From NCBI GenBank assembly GCA_964019335.1, contig OZ025670.1, forward strand, positions 620,001-684,000: a stretch of DNA of 64,000 bases, given 5' to 3'. The position numbers and the translations under genes were made by a program. Shown here piece after piece: positions 56,454 through 64,000 of the stretch. The stretch is from Diplonema japonicum (taxonomy: Eukaryota > Protista > Euglenozoa: Diplonemea). Positions within the stretch are counted from its first letter, which is position 1. Each line of letters starts with the position of its first letter. Below the pieces are notes generated by a model. The model worked only from the letters and a program-made list of their open reading frames with translations. It was not told the DNA's origin and made no database searches.

Positions 56454-59400
56454 ACTATGACATTTCTTTCGGATCAGAATTGGATCAGATGAGCATTGAT
56501 CAGGATGAGATAATTCACCTTCCGAGATCGAAGCATCCTGGGAGGACAATTTCAAGGGATGTGATTTGTTATGGATGTTCGTTCCTGGCATGCGCAGTAG
56601 CGATAGCTGTAGTGTGTATTGTAGTATTCAATACTGACGATTCACATGAGGATGACAACACCACAAGTGGGAAGCAGTTTATCAGACTCGTCAACGGCGA
56701 CGTCCCCTCTGAGGGGAGAGTAGAGGTGTACCATGGCAGTGGTTGGGGCACTGTTTGTAGTGATAACTGGGACGTTCTAGATGCTACTGTGGTGTGCAAG
56801 CAACTTGGATATGCTGGGGCGTCTGACGCGCCTAAGGATGCTTTTTTCAGTGAAGGGAACGGGTCCATATGGCTAGATAATGTGAGATGTATGGGGAGCG
56901 AAGATTCGTTGCTATCGTGTCCAAGCCTTGGATGGGGCACCCATGACTGTCTTCACAGCCAAGATGCATCGGTTGTGTGTACAAACGAGATGCCTTGCGG
57001 GAGTTGTCCAGCGCTTCCGGTTCATGTGGGTCCTGTCTCTACAACCTTTGTTTTCTTGTGTGAAATCATGGCCAATGTTTCATCTACCTCACAGTGGAAA
57101 CAAGTGAAATCCAAGCCTGGCACGCTGCTCACGATATCTATGAAGAACGGGAGCCCATTGTTCTACAACGGTACTGCAGTTTACGGAGGCTCTAGTGCTT
57201 GCTTGCTGAATTTGGCCGATGATGTCGTAAGCGGAAAGTATGTCGGCCAGCTTCACGGCAGCAGCGGGGAACTTCACTGGATGCTATTGAACAGCAACAA
57301 CTGGGAGGTGTCTCAAACCGACACGTTCCCACCATTTGTAGAGTCTGTGGTCGTCTTGCCAAATCAGGTGATACGAAAGCACCCCACGACGCCCCAGCCT
57401 ACAAAAGCACCTTGTTCATTCGGCGGGGTTTTGCAAAGTGCAACTTATCTAAAAGGCTGGGCACTGGGAGACTCAGCCACTTACACGGAAGAGGAAGCGA
57501 TGACAAAGTGCATTTCGTATAACTGGGGGTGCATGGGTATCACATGTAGCTCGGCTGATAAGTGTACCGTTCGTGCCCAAGCACAAATATTAACATCACC
57601 TTTCGGTGAGTATTCTTGCCTCAAACCAGAGCAGGAGCCTACTACGCCTGAAATTTGCATTGCCTGGAGGCAGACCGGTGGGTGCGTGTCTAGTGGTCCT
57701 AGGGAGCCAGACCGGGATACTGACTGCAGCTACATGGTTCCAGCAGACGTGTCTGGCTATTGTCAATGTGGTGGTGGCAAAACAATCGACTTTTCTTGCG
57801 GTCCGCAAAGAGAGTACGGCAGCTGCGAGTATCTTTGCAAGCTCCCTCCTTATGACGAGTGTGTGGAAGATCATCCGTGCGGAGCCGAAGCAGAATGCAG
57901 CGACGCTAACACGTCACCTAATAGCATCGGGGATGCGGTGTGCGTTTGTAGAAGTGGCTACACTGGCTATAGCACTAACAGCGTTCCTGAATGCACATCA
58001 GTTTATTCGTGGATAGAAGGCATACAGTGCCCAGAAAGCCTCTTTGAAATAGACAGTAGTGATGAGTGTTTGCAGGCAGCGATACAATTCAACAATCAAA
58101 CGACTTCTGTTAGGACTGAGGGCTCGGGAGGGTGCCGCTTTGTGGATGATGAGTTTGTGTGGGGCCCGCCTGACCGTGCAGTTCAAATCAGCAGCAATGT
58201 CGCTACCTTATGCACGTCTAATGCAATGCGTGGCGGTCTGGTTCCGCCACCTCAGACGTCTTCGAGTATCGAGAAGCAGGTGAATGCTGTTGGTAGCCTG
58301 CTGAAAAGAGTGCTAGGTGCTGATGCAAGCATGTTCCATGTTACTCTTGAACCCAGCCACGCAGACTCCTGCAGTCTTGATTCTGACGGGAAAACTGCGG
58401 ATGTCAAAGGGAGTTCCATTTTAGCTGTGTGCAGGTGCATATATACATATATGAAAAAGAATGGGCTATCTGTCTCGTGGGGCAGAAAGAGAACTGGATA
58501 CAATGTTTTTACAGTTGACTGGAGACCTGCGAACATTAAACACAAGGCTGTTGTCCCTCTACGGTATTCGTACAACACCTGCACCTTTAGCTATACTATG
58601 GCTTGGTGGGACTGGGATAGATGGCAGCAGGAAATCGACTGGCTGGCATTGAGAGGTGTAAACCTACCTCTTGCATTTGTTGGACAGGAGAAAATCTGGA
58701 AGAATGTGTTTATGAATCTTGGGGTAAGCGACAGCGAAGTAAACACTTTTCTTGGAGGTGCTGCCTTTTTGGCTTGGGTATGTTTAGAATCTAACAGCTA
58801 TCACACGCAGGAACGGATGGGGAATCTCGCTGAATGGGCAGGGCCGCTTTCCTCAGAGTTTATCAACAGCAGAAACAACCTGCAGGTGAAAATCCTAGAT
58901 CGGATGCGTTCCCTGCGCATGATGCCTGTGCTTCCTGCCTTTGCTGGTTATGTACCCCGTGTTATGAAGCAGCTATTCCCCAATTCGTCCTACGCCGAAA
59001 GCCAAAAGTGGAATGGGTTCGGTTCCACGGTGCTGCTGCAGCCTGATGACCCGCTGTTCGTGCATATATCTCAAATGATTATCAAAGAGCAGAAAGATAC
59101 CTACGGCTGGGTGAGCCACTATTATAATGCTGACACCTTCAACGAAATGCTTCCTTCCAGCAATGATCCATCATACCTGGCCGCTTCTGCTTCATCTGTT
59201 CTGGCGGGAATAAAACAAGGCGACCCATACGGCAAGTGGGTCATGCAAGGTTGGTTGTTTACAAATCACTGGTGGGGAAATGATGAGATCAGTGCCTACC
59301 TTTCTGATCTGCCAAGAAGTGACGTCCTTATTTTAGATTTGAACAGCGATGCAGCCCCCGTGTATCCGCGGACCAACAATTATTTCCACACTTCATTCGT

Positions 59401-60418
59401 GTGGTGCCTGCTCCACAACTTTGGAGGTCGCCCTGGCGTATACGGTAATATGGAAAATATCGCGAAGCAGTCGAGCGCAGCACTGAACAGAGTTGACGGC
59501 TCCATAGCAGGCATGGGAATCACGATGGAGGCGACGCAACAGAATCCCATCGTCTATGATCTTTTGCTAGACCTCGCTTGGGACGGGACAGGTGCTGCTG
59601 CTGTCAGCAATTGGACAGATGAATGGGTTGCATCGCGTTACGGACAAGGGAAGAAGCTGCAAGATGCATGGGACATCCTTTCCACTACTCTTTACAATGG
59701 CGAAGTAAACCCTCCTACTGATAAGTGGATCATCTACAGCACACCCAACCTGAATAGTATGAAATGCGGCTGCTCGTACTGTCACGAAGATAGCAAAGTA
59801 CACATTGCATGGTCAACCTTCCTCGATGCAGCAGCTACAGAGAGCTTGCTATGGAAGCGTGATCTGGCTGTGTTTACTGGCCTCGTACTGCAAACTGCAG
59901 CATGTAGGTTGTTTGATGTTCTTGACGCAAGGTTTCAGAGGTACACGAACACTCAAACCTCTAAAGAGGCTGCTAAGAAAGAACTGCTATCCTCTCTGGG
60001 AGAGCTTCTAGATGTGTACGACACGCTAGATGACGTATTATCGACTGACCCTAACTTGCAGTTGGCGTGCTGGCTTGATGATGCAGGATCGTGGGGAAGC
60101 ACCCCGGATGCAACAGCTTTGCTAAGGTTTGGGGCAAGAAATCAGGTCACGCTTTGGGGGCCTGATCCGGACTATTTGAATGACTATGCAAAGAAGTCAT
60201 GGAGTGGCTTGGTGAAACATTACTACAAAGGACGGTGGAAGATTGTTAGGGATATGGTTGCGAACGATGCTTTAGAAGGTTATTTACGTGCAGTGAGAGA
60301 GTTTGAAATTTCTTGGAACAACGCACCCTATAACCAATCTTCCTGTGGGGCGACGGGCGATATTTACCAGCTGGCTCTCTCTGTTAGAAGGAAGTACTAC
60401 GCCGGGTTTGTTGCGTGA
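56450..60418 (+). CDS. Type II membrane protein: TM - SRCR - Cys-rich/EGF-like modules - GH89 alpha-N-acetylglucosaminidase
   Basis: TM at ~aa 37-59; group A SRCR (IRLVNG..SEGRVEVYH...WGTVC...W....A.VVC.QLGY...IWLDNV.C.G.E..L..C...WG..DC.H..DA.V.C); NAGLU motifs YNTCTFSYTMAWW.W.RW..EIDW.AL.G.N, DTFNEM.P, WCLLHNFGG, NQVTLWGP, DYA.K.WSGL...YY..RW; in-frame intron 58778-58810. Start could be 56489. Confidence 0.9.
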   Translation: MNYDISFGSELDQMSIDQDEIIHLPRSKHPGRTISRDVICYGCSFLACAVAIAVVCIVVFNTDDSHEDDNTTSGKQFIRLVNGDVPSEGRVEVYHGSGWGTVCSDNWDVLDATVVCKQLGYAGASDAPKDAFFSEGNGSIWLDNVRCMGSEDSLLSCPSLGWGTHDCLHSQDASVVCTNEMPCGSCPALPVHVGPVSTTFVFLCEIMANVSSTSQWKQVKSKPGTLLTISMKNGSPLFYNGTAVYGGSSACLLNLADDVVSGKYVGQLHGSSGELHWMLLNSNNWEVSQTDTFPPFVESVVVLPNQVIRKHPTTPQPTKAPCSFGGVLQSATYLKGWALGDSATYTEEEAMTKCISYNWGCMGITCSSADKCTVRAQAQILTSPFGEYSCLKPEQEPTTPEICIAWRQTGGCVSSGPREPDRDTDCSYMVPADVSGYCQCGGGKTIDFSCGPQREYGSCEYLCKLPPYDECVEDHPCGAEAECSDANTSPNSIGDAVCVCRSGYTGYSTNSVPECTSVYSWIEGIQCPESLFEIDSSDECLQAAIQFNNQTTSVRTEGSGGCRFVDDEFVWGPPDRAVQISSNVATLCTSNAMRGGLVPPPQTSSSIEKQVNAVGSLLKRVLGADASMFHVTLEPSHADSCSLDSDGKTADVKGSSILAVCRCIYTYMKKNGLSVSWGRKRTGYNVFTVDWRPANIKHKAVVPLRYSYNTCTFSYTMAWWDWDRWQQEIDWLALRGVNLPLAFVGQEKIWKNVFMNLGVSDSEVNTFLGGAAFLAWVCLESNSYHTQERMGNLAEWAGPLSSEFINSRNNLQVKILDRMRSLRMMPVLPAFAGYVPRVMKQLFPNSSYAESQKWNGFGSTVLLQPDDPLFVHISQMIIKEQKDTYGWVSHYYNADTFNEMLPSSNDPSYLAASASSVLAGIKQGDPYGKWVMQGWLFTNHWWGNDEISAYLSDLPRSDVLILDLNSDAAPVYPRTNNYFHTSFVWCLLHNFGGRPGVYGNMENIAKQSSAALNRVDGSIAGMGITMEATQQNPIVYDLLLDLAWDGTGAAAVSNWTDEWVASRYGQGKKLQDAWDILSTTLYNGEVNPPTDKWIIYSTPNLNSMKCGCSYCHEDSKVHIAWSTFLDAAATESLLWKRDLAVFTGLVLQTAACRLFDVLDARFQRYTNTQTSKEAAKKELLSSLGELLDVYDTLDDVLSTDPNLQLACWLDDAGSWGSTPDATALLRFGARNQVTLWGPDPDYLNDYAKKSWSGLVKHYYKGRWKIVRDMVANDALEGYLRAVREFEISWNNAPYNQSSCGATGDIYQLALSVRRKYYAGFVA

Positions 60419-60470
60419 TCTCACTTTAATTTTGTGTTGTCTTCTTATTAACTACCTACAGGACACCAAG

Positions 60471-62892
60471 ATGGGGAAGTCTAACGATGAGATTGAGATG
60501 CAATTGATGAAAGAAGATGCCACAAGTACAGATGAAGATGAGGAAGAGGAAGAGGACGAGGAAGAAGAAGAGGAGGAAGAGGAAGAGGAAGAGGGCCGTG
60601 ACCTAAGTAGCGACACAGGACATAATGATATCGTCGGGTCGATGCTTGCAGAGATCTCAAGAGCCAGGCTTGTCATAGCCTTCGGTCTTTTTGCTGCTTT
60701 AGTAGCATTTGTGCTACTGGTGCCTGTCAGGCTGCTCTACAACGGATATGAAGAGGTACAGAAATACGAAAAAACTGATACCAACTACGAGAACTCAATA
60801 ATGAGTCTGAAGCAAGGATACCTGTATGCAAAGCTTGGCCATGCACACCTTCAGTATATCTGGACTCTTGATACACAGAGCTTGACTGACTTTAATAGTG
60901 TGAAGCAGGAACTGCTGAGTGGGCTTGCTGTGCTTACTAACTTGTCCAACCCTGAAAGCTCTTATTTGGCACTGCAGGCGAAAGAAGTAGTTTTAAACTG
61001 GATTGAAGCGGCAGATACACAAGTTGGGAGAGGCACAAATCTGAAAAACAAAGAGACGCAACAGCAGTTAGTCAGGGCGAGTTACAAAGGGATGTCAAAA
61101 ACGAACTGGCATGCTGAGCTCAAAGGTCAATGTTCAGCGCAGCTAGCTCTTGTCAGCTCCAACACGGGTGCTTTGTCGTTCTTCAACAGCTTGAAGAGCA
61201 CAATGCTTGCTGTGACAGAATTGGATGAGGCCCTGTACTTGGCCTTGCTGTTTGGCACCGCGGCCTCGCGGGTGGAAGTGGAAAGCAAGCAACGGACCCT
61301 GACCGACACACTCACAGCTCTGCAAGGCGAGGTCAATTCTTTAGAAAGCATCCCTAACCTATCCTTCAGTCTACTCATAAGTAGAGGCAAGGTGTCTTCT
61401 TGGATATCACTCTTGACAGAGGAAACATTGAAAGTGTCGTCTATTCTTAACGACAGGGCAGCGCAGGGTGACAGTGACGATGAGTTTTGCAGATTTATAG
61501 AAACAATTGCCTACTTTGACCACGGCATGATTATTTCACCTTTGCAAGACTTAGCAGCACTGGAGTTCACGCGCTTTGCAAAAGTCGATAAGTACGATAC
61601 ATCGCTAGTTATGTTCAACACTGTCTTCTGGGCAACAGCCGTTTCAACAGCCACAGTTATTAGCAGTTATCTTATGTTGCCAAGAGTTAAAAGCTTGACT
61701 GGTTCGAGGTTCTTGGTGTACTGCTTTGTGCACATAGTTATTGTAGCGGCGACATGCAGCATCATAGGAAGTATAGCAATTGACGCTGTGGACAAAGAAG
61801 AAGAACTGATGGAGACGATGAAAGTGAATTATGCTGCTTTGAGCAACGCAATGCAAGCCAACAACCAATGGCTGCACTGTTTGATCGGGGTAGACAAACA
61901 TCTGCTGCAAGGCACTACCGCATCACGCATAGATTATGAAGAGAAGTACACCAAACTGCAAAATAGCCTCACTCGCCTTAACGTCCAGGAAGTGCCCACT
62001 ACACTTGTGGACAATGCATACGAAGGATCACTGCTCCGCCAGAAAGTGCACCTTCGAAAGACCACTGAAGAGACTTTGCTGCACAACACACGAAAGAGTG
62101 TGAGCAACTCAAGATCGCAGTTGAAGAAGAGCCATGATCTTTTCTGTACCTTGGTACGAGGAGCTATCGATGCAGCACCCCAAAGTAGTTTTTCTATCAA
62201 GGTGCAAGACGTGTTGTTCCAGCTGCAGCTTAACAGGGAGAAGATTCCTGAAGAGATAATAAGCCAAATTCTTAGTTATCGTGATCAGAAGATGAATCTC
62301 GACGTCCCTCACATGCTGCAGCAACAGGAGGGATTAAAAGTGGCTTTTGAGGCTGCACTACGACAGTGGATGGAACAAGACATTGGGCGGGAACACATAG
62401 TGAGCGAGATGCTGAATGCAAATGAGTCTCTTGAGTCGCAGATGCGGGGGTGGTGGGCAGCACTCATGCAGATTCTAGAGGAGGGGCAGGCACTTAATCA
62501 GATGGGTGCAACAGTGTCGCTTGGCTCGCTTCGGAATTACCGTGCAGCCGCTTACGATATCACAGAACTGAAAAGCCAGATGGATCAAGTGGTGGGCTCG
62601 CTCTCTGTAAAATTACAGGAAAAAGCGTCCGCAACTGTCATCAAAGAGCGTGACAGCATAAAGTTCCTAAGGATAAACATTACCTGGGTAAGTGTTGCGG
62701 GGGCCTTGACTGCAACATTGTTATGGTATGCACAAAGTACGCACCCACTCATTCTACAGGCTATTCACATGGCACTCCCTTTTTGCCGACACGTTGTTTA
62801 CTATTCAAGGCTTCTTGCAGGACGAAGTTCACGACGAAGAGAAAGAAGAGTACAGTGTGACTAAAAAACCGTCTCAGTATTTGAAGATTTGA
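60471..62892 (+). CDS. Membrane protein with 4 TM helices and two large helical (four-helix-bundle-like) ectodomains
   Basis: Acidic N-terminus, TM, ~290 aa helical, TM-TM, ~300 aa helical, TM; intron 62726-62759; ATG after TACAG. Confidence 0.7.
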
Positions 62893-63134
62893 GCCATTTT
62901 CATGGTAAAGGTTAACTTCTATTCATGTGCAGATTTTTTTTGTCGGGTTTGCAAAAAATAGCTATTTATTGCCAACAAATGTCATTATTTTACTCGAGTT
63001 CCCGAATTTTTTGCACGAGGGCCCTGCAATTTTTCAAGGGGTTGGGTGCATCTTTTCCGCGGTGAGACCCATTTTTTCACTCTGAAGGGCCATTATTTAA
63101 CTGCAAAATCTCATTACTGTAAAACAAAAATCCA

Positions 63135-63187
63135 CCGGAAGATAAAATATCCGGACCGCCGAAACATCCGGTGATTTTTTCTTCCGG
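63135..63187. repeat. 21-bp imperfect inverted repeat (18/21) with 11-bp spacer
   Basis: CCGGAAGATAAAATATCCGGA (63135-63155) vs TCCGGTGATTTTTTCTTCCGG (63167-63187). Confidence 0.8.
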
Positions 63188-63415
63188 ACATTTTTTGGGG
63201 CACTTTTCAAGGGGGTACCAAGCCTGTCCACGCTAGTAGTCCTACGCACTATCCCCTCCCCCTGTCTACTGCATGTTTCCCTGGAAAAACTTATGTTTCT
63301 GTTGCAGGAGTCTTAAAATTGGCAAAAATATGACTAAAAAAAAAAAGGGGTGAAGAACGTCCTACCTGTCCGTCTTGTTTGCTGCCTTCGCAGCCTTGGC
63401 AGTGTGCCTGGCCTC

Positions 63416-63474
63416 GGCCTCATAATGGCGATTTCGCGTTAAATAATGGTCATTTCACGTTAAATGATGAGGCC
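63416..63474. repeat. Two 21-bp tandem repeats enclosed by an 8-bp inverted repeat
   Basis: GGCCTCAT (63416-63423) ... ATGAGGCC (63467-63474) around AATGGCGATTTCGCGTTAAAT / AATGGTCATTTCACGTTAAAT. Confidence 0.8.
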
Positions 63475-63521
63475 CCTAGTGAGTGAAGAAAATGACGAAG
63501 AGTGAAATTAAAAAAAGGCGG

Positions 63522-63528
63522 AAAAAAA
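63522..63528 (-). terminator. RNA polymerase III terminator (T7) of tRNA-Ser
   Basis: A7 run on + strand directly 3' of the minus-strand tRNA. Confidence 0.8.
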
Positions 63529-63529
63529 T

Positions 63530-63611
63530 CGCAGTCGGCAGGACTTGAACCTGCGCGGGCAGAGCCCAATGGATTTCTAGTCCACCTCCTTAACCGCTTG
63601 GATACGACTGC
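63530..63611 (-). tRNA. tRNA-Ser (anticodon AGA)
   Basis: Reverse complement GCAGTCGTATCCAAGCGGTTAAGGAGGTGGACT-AGA-AATCCATTGGGCTCTGCCCGCGCAGGTTCAAGTCCTGCCGACTGCG: cloverleaf with long variable arm, GTTCAA T-loop, no encoded CCA. Confidence 0.96.
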
Positions 63612-64000
63612 TACGCGGATATATTTTTTTTTCAAAATACCAATAGGTGCCACCATGGGGGAGCAACACCTGGGAAGGGGAAAGGTGAAGGGAAGCATGG
63701 AAATATTACAGGGAGGGCGAAGACCAGTTCTTCTGCAATCAGATGGAGCTGTGGACTCCGCCAACCCGTGCACCTGTTTGGAACAGCCGAAGAGGGCTGA
63801 ATTACTTTAATTCCAAGCCGCGTAGACCTACGTGACTCGGACGGGGACCTTGACCCCAGTTCGTAGTTTTTCTCAACTGGGACCTCTGGTGACCGGAACT
63901 GGCCCCGGTCGCCCCCTCGAGAGGGATTTGCTCCATTGAGCGAAACATGAAAGGGTGAGAGTAAAATCTCTCAAAATCAAAAGGGGAAGCGAGCGTGCGT

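Noticed and set aside
60824-60854. GTATG...TTCAG 31-nt intron-like segment
   Set aside because: Removing it would frameshift an otherwise continuous long ORF.
63450-63810. ORFs 63450-63773 (-) and 63502-63810 (+)
   Set aside because: They overlap the tRNA-Ser gene and have no coding features.

Overview
Eukaryotic nuclear DNA, not prokaryotic. About 38 protein-coding genes all lie on the + strand, many separated by only ~50-100 bp, and most have a YAG (usually CACAG/TACAG/TGCAG) just upstream of the ATG. This is the polycistronic, spliced-leader trans-splicing layout of Euglenozoa. Unlike trypanosomatids, the genes carry many tiny cis-introns: I delimited about 44 by hand, 31-54 nt for the confident calls, mostly GTATG...(A/C-rich)...CAG. 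These explain most split or frameshifted ORFs in the supplied track. A diplonemid-like flagellate is the most likely source (inference). Recognisable genes: saccharopine dehydrogenase (3' end), adenosine kinase, bL21m, UTP23, SF3A3, a SNF2 ATPase, UBFD1, ARL1, thioredoxin, a PIERCE/DUF4490 protein, ASF1, Gemin5, a MacroD hydrolase, an RluA-like protein, a PPR-like protein, a triple-BRCT protein and TEX9. The most unusual proteins are a membrane-anchored SRCR + Cys-rich + GH89 fusion, a secreted PAN/Apple-GH116 glycosidase, a MORN-repeat protein with a PHTF/gustatory-receptor-like membrane domain, and a 4-TM protein with two large helical ectodomains. The window also has a decayed 5'-truncated LINE, a 116-bp poly(A) insertion with an 18-bp target-site duplication, and a convergent tRNA-Ser(AGA) with palindromic/structured DNA where the gene array ends. 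All homology calls come from motif recognition by eye; no searches were run.
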